64,000 nucleotides of DNA from Podarcis bocagei (lineage: Eukaryota), in the NCBI GenBank assembly GCA_964188305.1, contig OZ076895.1. One strand, 5' to 3'. This document shows, in pieces, positions 27,101 to 40,300 of this stretch; within the stretch, counting starts at the first letter, position 1; each line of letters starts with the position of its first letter. The position numbers and the translations under genes are program-made. The notes beneath the pieces are model-generated. The model made no database searches. It saw only the letters and a program-made list of their open reading frames with translations, and was not told the origin of the DNA.

Positions 27101-30100
27101 TTTTGGCATTAAACAGCATATAATTAAAAATAACAACTAGCTTTTTACCTCAGTCTTGCTCTTCAGCCCTTTTCTCAAAGCTTCTAGAAGAGTGTGCTGA
27201 ATGATTTCCTTGTATTCCTCTTCTGCATGACTGATTTCAGCAAACAGGTTGATAATAGCATTCAGACAGAGGATGGCACTGTCACTTAGAGACATCTCTC
27301 CTAACTAAAGAAAAAAAAGATTATGGCAGCTGAGATTACAAGAGGTGACCCTGAAACCGTAGATTAAAAAAGACTCAGAAATACGCGTGATTATAATCAT
27401 TGATAAAACATAAACCAGCTTCCCCGACAACAACTCAGAGCAGTTGTAATGGGAGCAATAGACCTGGAAGCTTTAAATATCTGCAAGCCATATGTAAAAA
27501 GTACCATAAAATTGTTACGAAGCTCACTATGAATCAATCACATAGTCATATTTTTCTGTGAAGTAAAAGACTTTTTTGTCATTTTAGAGCTGGCAATAAT
27601 AACCCACATGCTTACTATCTTTTAAAACACAGCCAAAGTCCACACAAACAGGGATTTCCTATGCTGTCCCCTAATACTGTCAAAAATGTATTTTCCTAAG
27701 CCCCTGGGGACCCTCAGAAAAAGCCAATTTGTGGCACTGAGGGGAGATACTAGGAAGGTGGGGAGATTGATGAGTAACAGGCAGAGGCAATGGCAATGGA
27801 ACAAGCAGAGATTCTGAAAGCTGCTGCCATCTTAGATGTAAGATTATTTTTGGTTCTTCCTTCACTCTCTTATCTCTCTTGAGATATATGCTGCTGCAGG
27901 TATTTCCTCATATAGCATCCAAAAGGTAATTACAATGCTCACCTAAAATAGCTTATGGCTGTTTTGCAAACATGCATAACTTCCCCGGAGGTGCCTTTTG
28001 GGTTCAAAAGGAATATACTAATTTTTTTTTTACTAAATAATAAAGCAGGAATTTCTAATCTCATTGATGGTGTAAGGGGAAAGATATGCAGATAAGTGTA
28101 TTTTTCAGTTCCCCAAATGATCAAAATATTTTTTAAAAAAATAGAGAATACATTTCCAGGAGCTCTACCATAAAGGACAGATCTTTTCCACGTGGGCATG
28201 GGCTTACCTGTATTGTATAGAAACAGTTATGCATTACTGGAATAAGGTAGTCGACATCCACTGTTTTCATTGCCTTGATATGAGAAGTGATGTCTTGAAA
28301 TGCTGACAAGCGAATATCGAAATTGATATCATCAAGATGACGTGGATCAAAAGCATTCAGCTACAAAGGGCAAGAGGTTTAATAAATATAAAAAAAATCA
28401 AAATGATGACAGAAAATTTCTTAGAAGTAAATCAGGTGAAACATTACATACCTTAACTGTATCTGTAATGTATTTTACATTACTGTCCAAATCTGATAAC
28501 GTCTATAAAAAATGGAAAAATAATAAAAAGGCAAACTTAACAAACCTAGAATTATTTCACACATGTATCATATACTGTCACATTAATAGCGCTTTTCTCT
28601 GAACATTCTCCAGTTCTACATTTTACTTTTTAAAAAATAGGACAACCAGAAGCGGCCACAGTATTCAAAATACAGATGCCCCATTCTTTCGTTCCAGCGT
28701 ACCACACTTTGTACTTATTTGACCAGAATCTAACCAGCTCTTCCATTATCCATTATGAGTTTTAGAACTCATCACCATCCACTACATTTCCCACAATTCC
28801 TGGAGGCTCAGGAGGCCATTTTGAAAGTCCATTGCCCAACCACTAAGAAAAAAGGAAGCAGTCAGGGAAAAGGGATTGGATAGCCTCTCAAGGGACTGCA
28901 GAGGCATTTGGGACTGGGAAGACTAATGGTCCCAATGACATCCCCAAGAGAATGCCAGGGACATATCTTGAAATGGATGCTCAGAGAAATCATTATGGAT
29001 CAAGTTCACATCACAACCAAAATAGTGTTGAGCAATCACTAACAAAAATGCTATAAGTGTGCTACTACTGTATTCAGTACCTCAAAAACCATGCAGAGCG
29101 TCTGACGAGACAATTTGTTCTGAACAACAGAAAACAATTTTGCCAGTGGTTTGAGGAAACTTGCTGGATTCAAACAATGCTTCAGTAGATTTTGTACCGT
29201 TTCCAGGATGTCAATCTCAGTATCCTGGAAAAAAAACCAGATAAATCATGACACAATTCCTCACTTACACTGAAAAATAACATAATGCAATCCAGTTCAG
29301 AGTTGTCAAGAGAGATTTAGTTAAAAGTATATTAATCAACAAAATCAGCAAAATCCTTGAAAAAAGAACCCTGGTCCCTCTCCCCTCTCTTCCTGCCCCA
29401 TAGGCAGCAGGAACAGTTCAGAAGCTCATTTTGCTGCTTTTGCTTAATCAATGCATGTACCACGACCATGACTGCAGCTTGGCTTGTTTCAATCAAACCA
29501 CAGCTAATGTTAACTACAGTTTGTTGGTTTAGATGGAGAAAAAAACAAGTATTAAGCAAAAGTGAAGCTTTTAAACTCCTCCTGGCTACACAGAAGGAAA
29601 GGGAACTGTGCAAGCCCAAGGCTCACCCTGGTTTGTTCGTTTTATACTAAACTATGTTTTAGAACGGCGATGGCTAGCCTGTAGCCCTCCAGATATTGCT
29701 ATACTACAATTCCCATCATCCCTGACCACTGGTCATACTGGCTGGGGCTGATGGGAGTTGGAGCCCAACAACATCTGGAGTCCCACAGCTTCCTCATCCC
29801 AGGATTAGCCTGGCATCCTAACATGGGAAGTGGTTTGCACTGAGAACATAGGTTAACTGAAATCTGAACCAGGGACATCCCACTTTCAAACTTTTTAAAA
29901 AATAAATAAAAGGGGGGGGGGAGGGAATCCCAAAGGCACAGCAGAGCACATTGAATAACAGTGACCCAAACAAGTTAGCAGCAGATCATGATGACCTGGA
30001 AAGATAGTTTAGAAGTTCACCAGAAAATAGCCAAACTTGAAAGAAAATGTGACTTCCCACAGGCATAAATAACAAAGCTTACCTGCACCATGTTACTCTG

Positions 30101-33100
30101 GTGGAGGAAAGGGAGAAGAAGACCAATCAGGATGGAGCTCTGACTCTTGTCCTTTATAAACTTGCTAATTCTATATTCAACAGAAGCAAGAGGTTAGCCT
30201 TGCACCGATAGAACCACAACACCACGATTCAATTGCCTATAATATAATCATCTGTTAATGTAAACTGCTGCTGATGTTCTACTTACAAAAGGGCACATGA
30301 ATGCATTAATAAAATTCTGGTCCACACATGACTTCACACAAATGAATATGGACAACTGCAAGTCGAAGAACAGGTATATACTGTATACCTATCAGTGTAA
30401 ACTACACATATATGAATTAAGAGTTCATGATCCCCAGCACAGAATGGATCAGAAGATTTCTGTCCAAGGTGCTGCCAATCAGAGTGGCCAATACTGGGCT
30501 AGATATCCAGTCAGAACAGTGTGATCCCTTATAAGGCATATGCTATGGTGACATGCAGGGAGGAGGCTGCATGAGTGACATGGAGCCAAGAAACTTAGAT
30601 TCAGAGCCTCCCATCCCTGAGATACATACAATAGCTTCCAGAGTGAACCCCCAACAAAAAGCCCCACCCTGCCTCACCCTGAAGCTCAAGCTTCCTGACA
30701 GCCTCTTGCAGCCTCTTGAAAACATTTTTTGTTCACAAGTCTATTCAGTTGTTTAATTTCCTATTTTAAAAGGAACCCGTCGTTTTTAACGATTATTTTT
30801 ATACTGCTTTATGGTATTTTACTTTGTGCACCTCCTTGTGGTTTTGTGTGAGTGGTGACTACATTCGTACTTCCGCTTATGTATCCCTCTAGATACGTAA
30901 ACTTCGGGATGCAAACGTGGCAAACCTGGAAGTATTTTTCCAGGTTTCGCCATGCATGCATGTACAGAAGCGCTTGACGTGTGCACATTATTATGTGCAC
31001 ATGCACAGAAGCACTAAACCACACCGCATACATGCGCAGAAGCGGTCCTGCTGTTGCAAATTCCTTGGGATGCGGCCAGACCTCTGGAACAGATCCCGTT
31101 CGCAACCAGAGGTACCACTTTATATAAACTTACTCCTCTCCCTCTCTATATATACATATATAGTAAAAATTTAAGGGACCCTATATAAATCAGTACTCTT
31201 AGCAATACCAAGGAACTATTTACTTTGAAAGGATGTTTAGTTCTTTGCTGACTTGTGCTCTGTACTTCTTCTTCTTCATCTTGTCCACACTGAACATAGT
31301 TTTGCTGAGATACTGAAGGATTGCAGGCACATGGGGGAGAATCAGCTTCACACCCGTGGTGGGAACATCTGCAAGGGAGACAGTGAGTTTATTTACCATT
31401 CAGAGACGTTAAGTCCTCCAAGCAGAAAAACTAAAGAATATCATCCAATTCCTCACAAATAGTATAACAATTGTTCTGGGGTTATTTCAATTTATATCCC
31501 ACTTTTCTGCATATACTACCCAAAGCAGGTAACAGAAATAATAATAAAAATGCAGTGAGTTGAATCCAGAGATTCTAGTGCACTCAAGTGGGCTGGTGGA
31601 AGTCCTCTTTCCTCCCTGCCCTTCCCCCCAGCAGCCCACCCAGGAGCTTCTCCCAAGGATGGAGAGATCCTGCTGATGGGATGTGGCACCAAGTGGTGTG
31701 TTTGTGTGTCCCTGAGTGGAAGCAATTTCCACAAGCCTGAACATGATTATGGAACGACATCAAAGAGATGGGCAAGCTGGCCATATCTTCATATTATATT
31801 TTATATGAAAAGGCCTCCTGACCTGGCTAACCTGATGAAATAAGAGTTTATATCACCCAACAATAAACTATATGCCATAATAAAATGTATGACAACTAAA
31901 AATGCAGCTTGTTAACAGATATTATTATACGGCTCCCGGAAATACTATCATTATGGCTAAACGTGGGAAAATATTGGTTTGGAAACTAGCACATTTCCTG
32001 GGAAACCGCTGAATGTAGTAGAAGTTGCTACTAAAGGGATTAATTAGGAGACAAGGGAACTTGCTATCCAGTTACTGAATGATGCTTTAATTTAAATTAT
32101 TTAGCCAACATGAAATGTTTATGTTTGCTGCTCAAAAACACACTAGTCAATAATATTTGCTGGTCGTTGCTCTTGAAGTGGATCTGTTATCTCCAGCAAG
32201 CTGAAAACTGACAGAGATCCTTTGTAATTTTTTCTCTGTATTTTCATATATATCTGTTTTTTGTGTATAACTTCAATAAAAATGCATTTAAAAAAAAAAA
32301 AAAGAAAGAAAACTGACAGAGATCCTTCAAGCCAGGATATAAACAGGTGTCGGGGGGGGGGACCAAACAAACACCTGTGCACTGTCCTTTACCACAATGT
32401 AACATTTTTAATAAAGGCCCATCTTTTATCTCAAGTGCTAGGAGTTTCTGTTGGTCCTATTTCTCTGGAACAATATACCCTTTCCATCAGAACTCCTGTT
32501 CACTGGAAACCCAGCTCTGTACTGCAACACCTCAGCTGTAAAGCTCCCTTCCCTTACGTGGTTGCCTGGCACCAAATCTGATGGTTTTTGTGTGTGAATA
32601 CAGTTTTCATGTCCCCATGCTTTTCTATGGTTTCAGTGCTGTTTTCAACTGTCCCTATGCCCTGCTCTTTTACTGCTGTTTTATTATTCTATCTGAGTGC
32701 TTTAAGTGATGTTAAGTTACTTTGGTGATTTTATTACTGAAAGGTGGGATAGAAATGCTTTAAAAAAGAAACAGAGGAAAGGAACCTTGTGGGTGTGAGC
32801 TGCAGAATTGCTCCATTCCTTTTCTGACAGCCAGGCCTATGAACGGAATACTGCGCTGGAAGTCACAAAACCAGCATTTAGTCTAGACTGACCTGTACGA
32901 TGGCCATTGGGTGCCATTGCACCTTCTGCTCTAAGGATGAAGTGAAAGGTAAATCTGGAGATGAAATTACTAGTATAACAGGGCTCTTCAACTGTTGACT
33001 GTTATAAGCCAAAAATCAATTACAAGGGATACCTAGTCTTGAGGGTAGGGCAGAGAACATATCCAGTCAGAATCTGTGTGAAACAATACTGGGAACATTG

Positions 33101-34283
33101 GGAGGAAAAACACGAAACACACCATGAGAGAAGTTGGTAATGCAGCTCTCGATGAAAGTCACTCTGCTCCACCAACAACCCATTTATTTATTATGAGTTT
33201 TTACAAATGAATTTCCATCTCACCCTTTAATACATGTACTTCTAAGGGAGGCAATAAAAACCAGTAAAAATGAAACTATAAGAAGTCTACAGAGCATAAC
33301 TACAATGCACCATCTAGTAGGTGCTGAGAATATTTTCTTTCACAAATTAGTTTCTAATTCTACCACACAAGCAAAATGGAACAAGCAGTTTTGAAAATAT
33401 TCACTTGCAATAGATTTGGGCACCTAACCACCCGTACCTTCTGTCGTTTCATCAACTTCTTGGAAGACACAGTCTGTCACTGTCAAGCTGCAAATATCAT
33501 CATCAGGCTCCAAGTCAGGAGTGTTTAGAAGACTGTCAGCCACATCCATCACAACACCAGCCGTTGCCTCACACAAGCTTTTGGCCGAAAGCAGAGCAAA
33601 CACATTGGATAACACATCATATTCTGGATGTCCTGGCATCTGCTTGGCCAGCAAAGGGAAATACCTGAGGGAAAGGCAACAAACAGGCAGGGAAATACTG
33701 ATGTAGCAATATCTAACTCTAGCAGAATGACTAGTGACAACATTAGAATGAAGCTCCCAAAAGGTAAAGCCTAAGTCAGTGATCCAGAAAAAGGATCCAG
33801 CAGACTCTCCTCATGTTCATAATACTAAAGCCGGGGAGTGGGGAGTAGAGATGCCCCTTTCACAAGTTTGAAGGAACGTTCCATAAGGTCACAGTAGGAA
33901 CCAAAGCAGGTGAAACTCCTGAATTGTCCTTGTCATGTTTCTCTTAAGTTCCTACAACTCTCAACCTTTTTCTTCTTCTTTACTGTTCACAGTCTCAAAA
34001 ATTGTCAAAAGGAGAAGGATGACAACAACAACAACAGATGGAGGTGCATATTTCAGGGCCTGAAACATTTGCAGAGAACATGCCCCTTGCCCCATTCCAA
34101 GTCAGCCCTAATGCTAACTTGAAAATGAAAATGCCAAGAGGATATCGTCACCGATTAACCAGTATATAAATTGTGTTAAATAAACAAGATGTGTGCTTAT
34201 CACTGTACCTGTGTATATGGTCCCTATAAACAACCAACATAAACTTTAGATTAAAAGTGCAGCTCACTTATATATATACATAG

Positions 34284-34329
<46 letters not shown>

Positions 34330-37300
34330 GGTAGCAGTATAGTAAAGTTATACCATGATTCATTGTTTCATTAAGAAGAAAGTAATTTACCTGGGGCTTC
34401 TGCTCCATATGTGAATGATTTTGAGTAAGAGAGTAGGAGAATATTGGCTCTCAGAGGCCAACCTGAGGATCTGAGGGAACAAAACAGGAGAAAATAAAAT
34501 CGGGGCAAAATATTGAGGCTAAATTGGTAGAGATGTTTGCAAAAGAAGAAGCATTAGCATGCTCATTATTTGCTTCTGAAGGAACAATTTAATATTTGCA
34601 TTTATCTTCCTTTCACCACAACACTAAGAGCTAAGCCAGGTATTTCTGCCTCCACTGACATCAAGAACAAAACTGCTAATGATGAGTGGAGCCAAAAATG
34701 TTGCCATGATGGCTTCTCTACACCCACCACAGCTAAGGCAGTCTAGCATTAAAGGGACCATCTCCAAGTACCTTAGACAGGTAGACTAGTGAAGGAAGCA
34801 GGTTATAGTCTGAAGGAACCATCATTTTTTCCTGTTACATACTTAGAGGTGAGCCAGCACATGCTCACAGGAGACTTCTTTCTAGTTTTCTCTAAAAAGA
34901 AGTATCCAACATTTGCTTTATGTTTCATTATCTTTGTGAGGCTTGACCAAAAAGTTACTGCAGTGCAGATGGGTGACAGCTTCCACGACCTTAAGACTGT
35001 TGTGGCATGATAGGGCTCCTGTCATGAATGGCAGATCTGTTCCTACTCCCTTGGACCTCAGGCAGTAGGTCTAGCTGTTGTGGCATGCACACTGCCACAG
35101 TATGGTAACAGAGAGAGAGGAGTGGCGGGTGCCACTCAGTGACACACTTTCTCCCAACAAAGATGTGGCATTGACTTAGGAACATGTATATCTCACCCAA
35201 CAAAATTGAAACTTTACATTTGTCAGCTATAAACATGAAGTCACATTCAAGTTTTGTGGAGATGATATAGGCAAAAGCCTTTAGATTCAACAAAACTCGT
35301 GCTGTTTATGAAAGGACAAACCCAGTTTACATTGTACTTGGATTAAATTTACATACTTCTGGACTGTAGCTTGAGTGGATACACTTATTATTAATAATAA
35401 TAATAATAATAATTTATTTATACCCCGCCCATCTGGCTGGGTTTCCCCAGCCACTCTAATAAAATTAGGTGCTTTGTTCCTAGCACACCCTCTGTGCTTC
35501 AAACCAAATACCACTTTCACTCCAAAGCAAGTCATTTGTGCAGTTTGGAAGATGCCAGAGGACACTTGAGACACGTGCCTAAGTAAAGAAAAGCAAGCAA
35601 CTCTCCAACTTCACGCTGCCCTTACCTGGGGCCAAACCACCGCATGAAAAACTGCATCAATCTCTTCCACACTAAAGTTGTAAGTTTTGAAGTCAGAGAA
35701 AAAGTCTGCTATAAGTTTAAGTCCAAGTCGCCTCAAATTTTTCAGTGGGTTAATTAATTTGAGTTGAATCTGCAAAACAAATCATAACAATCCTGTGAGG
35801 GTCTTTCTTCTTCTTCTTAAGCAAAACATTTAAAGGGCAGTTATTCTTTACCACCTAAGATTTAAAAGACTAGTTACTGAATGTGTCCTCTGAACTGCAA
35901 GCAGTAACCATATGTCTGCATTGCCTCTGTCCGAGTTACGCTAATGCTGCATGACTCTGGCGTATTAATGTAAATTTATATAAAGAACTTTAATCCAAAG
36001 ATCACAGAATGGTTTATAACATAAGAGCACAAAAGAAATAATAGCAAAAAATGAAACAAAAACCCAATACATTTTTAAAGTCCATAGATATATTGGACAG
36101 CAAATAAAGATATTGAGATCTGTTTGCATAGCACGAGAGTGGAAAGCAAGCATGCTGGAGATGACAAGCCCACCTAGGGCCGGCCCGAAAGCTAGGCGGT
36201 GTGAGATAGCTGCCTCAAGCAGCAGGTGCTGAAAGTGGAGACCACCATGAGTACGAATGTAAGATTCAACAGCCAGCCTGGCTAGTTTCTATATGTGAGA
36301 TCTGCATGGCGAGGAAGCATCTTAACCTCAAGTGGCAATTTGTTAGCTAGCCCTGTGTCCACAAGAAAAAAAAAATCCACCCCAAATGAGAACTGTAGGA
36401 AATAGTAACCCCACACCTCCATTTATAACTATACAAAGTTAACATTTAACACAGAAAGTAGTATTAGTAGGCAATAAATGACTAATGTGTTTTGAAAAAG
36501 ACCCAGTAGAATATAAATGAGGCTCTTAATTGGCATTTATTTCCTCACTAGATAATGAAGTGTTAAATTAAGTTTAACAAATGGCAACGCTGAAAAAAAT
36601 ATTTGTGAAGCCTGGAGTTACTGAATTACAGCTTTTCGTCTCAAGAGTTAGTGAATAACTTCATGTGCAAAACTAATTACCATGAACTTCAGCAACACTG
36701 GTGTCAAAATGATTACTTTGAGCTCAGTCTGAATGTCTGCATGTCCATGGAGTGCAATATTGTACATTAGATCTTGCACTGTGACTTTTCTGGGTGTTGC
36801 TCTTTTTGAACTTCCTGGCTACAGTAAGAGTCAATGGCGGGCTTGCAAGTCACATTATGCCAAACTATAGTCTGATGTGAAAAAGCAACATGCAGGTCTC
36901 ATTACTCAAAAATTTCCATGATAATCATTTCCCACTCCTGCTGCTATCATGCTGTGACTGAAATAAACCAGAGTTTGGCTTGCTGCACTGGTCAAACCCA
37001 GGCTCATGGTATGTTTCTCTTCAAACAAGCCACACGTATTAAGCCCAAAATAAACCTTGGTTACAAACCACAAGCCGAGCTTCAAGTGACACAAGCCAGA
37101 CTTCGGCTTGTTTTGTACACAACAGGGCAGCAGCAGGAGCAGTGAAGGAGAACTGGAATTTTATACCTCTCTCCTCAATTGCATGTAAGGACAAATGAAA
37201 TTATTTCATATCCTTTTAGTTTGGAGGGAGGTAAAAGACAGAATTGCCCTCTCTCTCATGAATATTTGATTTATATTTAGAACCACCGGTATGGGCAACT

Positions 37301-40300
37301 GGAACAGAATAGGGCGATTTAGGGTTTTGTTTACGAGCAAGTGGAATTTAAATTAGCTTTATATGCAGATTATTTATTACGCTTAACTAGTATTTATGTC
37401 AGAATTAATAACAATTGATAGAATTTTAAGGTATACAATTAATTGGTTAAAATCTGCATTAATGCCAGTGGATGTCAAAGCATAAAAGACTAGGCGTGGT
37501 CAGAGAAAACTGTTCATGAAGAACTCTCCTTGGTCCTGAAATAAGCAACGTGCCTTGCTCTATCATGCCCCATGGGCTTCTCATCAGAAACAGAACAGAA
37601 CGCATACACAGGAGCAAATTTCTCACCTTTTCCCGTTCCTGAAGAATGTGGGATACTGTTGCCATCATGCAAAGTAAAATCTGCAAAATCTCAGGCAGGT
37701 ACTGGCTGATCAGATGCCCCATGTTTTTCAGTACTACTTCCAGGCTGTTGAAAAGGCTATGCTGCCGACCCAGAGGCAAGACTCGAGATAAATCGAGTTC
37801 TTCCACTGCTTGGAGCACTGCAGAGAGGCAATCTCCTACCAAAAGCAAAAAGGAGAAGTGGGGTGGGTGGGAGGCGGCAACAATAGTCTCATCTTGGTAA
37901 TAACACTACAGAGATTGAAGGTACTGTTTAGTTTTGGTAGGTGCATTTCAAGATGGAATATCCCAATCCTAAAGATACAGAAATTAGCAAATCAATAATG
38001 CCTAGGCTTCTGTAGCAATGCTATACACCCAATTTTAAGAACCAAATTCTAGGGAAGGTGTTTTTTCTATTAAAAAAAACCTGAAAAGCAGCAGAAGCAA
38101 TACAGTGGTACCTCAGGTTACATACGCTTCAGGTTACACGCGCCTCAGGTTACAGACTCCGCTAACCCAGAAATAGTGCTTCAGGTTAAGAACTTTGCTT
38201 CAGGATGAGAACAGAAATCATGTACCGGCGGCACAGCAGCAGCAGGAGGCCCCTTTAGCTAAAGTGGTACCTCAGGTTAAGAACAGTTTCAGGTTAAGAA
38301 CGGACCTCTGGAACGAATTAAGTACTTAACCTGAGATACCACTGTATATGGTTTAGAGGGCAAAAATTAGAATGACCCCTTAATGGATGTGTTTTGCCCT
38401 TGGGAGCTAAATCCAACTAAACATAGTGCTGCTTACACTCAAGTAAGCATTTAGAGTATGGCACTTTAAGAGATCTTTGGTATTCACAAACAAGATGAAG
38501 AACTAACGTTCCCCACTATTACTAAATGTAAAAATAGGGTCACAAGGAATGTTCAGTGGCAAAAAAACACACTTAAGACAAAAGAGATCACAGTTCAATG
38601 TAATGCAGGCTCTATATGTAAAAGGTAAAGGTAAAGGACCCCTGGACAGTTAAGTCCAGTCAAAGGTGACTATAGGGTTGCAGCACTCATCTCACTTTCA
38701 GGCCCAGGGACCTGGTGTTTGTCCCCAGACAGCTTGACTAAACTGCTTCTGGTGCAACGGAACACCGTGATGAAAACCAGAGCGCACGGAAACGTCGTTT
38801 ACCTTCTCACCGCAGCAGTACCTATTTATCTACTTGCACTAGTGTGCTTTTGAACTCCTAGGTTGGCAGAAGCTGCGACGGAGCAAAGGGAACTCATCCC
38901 ATTGCACAGATTTGAACCGGATTAAAATATTATCAAGAACCACCCAAAACAAATATTGCAAATAAATCAGCTGCCCGAGGAATCATCTCCCAATTTCCCC
39001 CCTAATTTTCCAATTAGAATCAGCAATCCATTTCTCCTTAAAACTCTCAAGCCAACTCTCAAAGCTGCTTCATTATCATGCATGATGCCCAGATACATGG
39101 TTATAACACTGAAGCAAGTTAGACACGCAACAAAATATGCCACTATATTTTACAGTTCAGGCTATAAGCTACGAAGAAGAAACAAAATATTGCAGTGTAT
39201 CATCACCTAGCGTACTCCTTTACTATTGGGCCCTTCCTAGCTTCAATCCTGTTGGGCTCTTACTAGCCACATTCACCATTAGATAAAAAGTTTCTCGTGT
39301 ACAAGCCATACCATTGCCAAAGTGCTTCACAGGCTCAAATAGCAGATCCAGGAACATCCTAATCTCTTCAGGCAGCGAGCCAGCAAGGAATCTCAAAACA
39401 ATAGCCATGCGTGTCCCAGCGGCTGACTTCCCCTGTGTTTTGCTTCCAGTTTTATTTCTCATCCGTCCATACAGAATCCTTCCAAACCAAAAAGAAAGTT
39501 AGTACATTAGCTTTTCACAAGGTACCAGCCTGCATACAAAAGACTTGGTCCATTGGGCCTGTCGACCTTTTCTTTTTTTTATATAGACTTAAGAGAATGC
39601 TTCCAAGTTGCCAGAATTGCAATCATAATTTTGGCTGCAAAATGAGAGCTATCATAACCCACACGCTCCCGCCATTTCGTTTTGATTTTTGCCTGTCCTA
39701 CCCTCCCAGCAACCCTGGGAGGTAAGTGAAACCAGCTGGTGATGACTGGCCCAAGGCTACCCAATGAACTTCATGACAGACTTGGTATTTGAATCCAGAC
39801 CTCCCTAGCCCTAGTTCGGGACACTACTTTGGCTCCCAACCAAAATAATTACTGACGCAATTTCCCAGTGACTTGAGTGGAAAGTTTCTTAACCATGTGG
39901 AAGAACTACAATGAATAAGGACTCACTTAACTTACAGAAGACAGTTTTCCACTAAAAAGGAAAAAGTGGGTTAAGTAACCCATATAGTATTTGGAATTCA
40001 CAGTGAAACCTGAGAAGCAGGTCCAAAAATCCAATCATCTTCCTGTTGAAGTAGGCCCATACATTGTCATATTTCATTTGTAAAGACTCATAAGGAACCT
40101 ATACAGACTTGATTTCTAAGCTAAGGTACAGAAGCTCCTTAACCTCATCAGAACAGGAACAAGCTCTGGCCGGTGCAGTGCCTTTACTGTGGTGTTTTCT
40201 TCAGAAATGCTGAAATGAACTATTTCTTCTTTAAAGCTCTTGTCTTCCAGTAGACGTTCCAAGTTCTCTCTGTAAGTAGATAATGCAAGATTAAGAAAAA

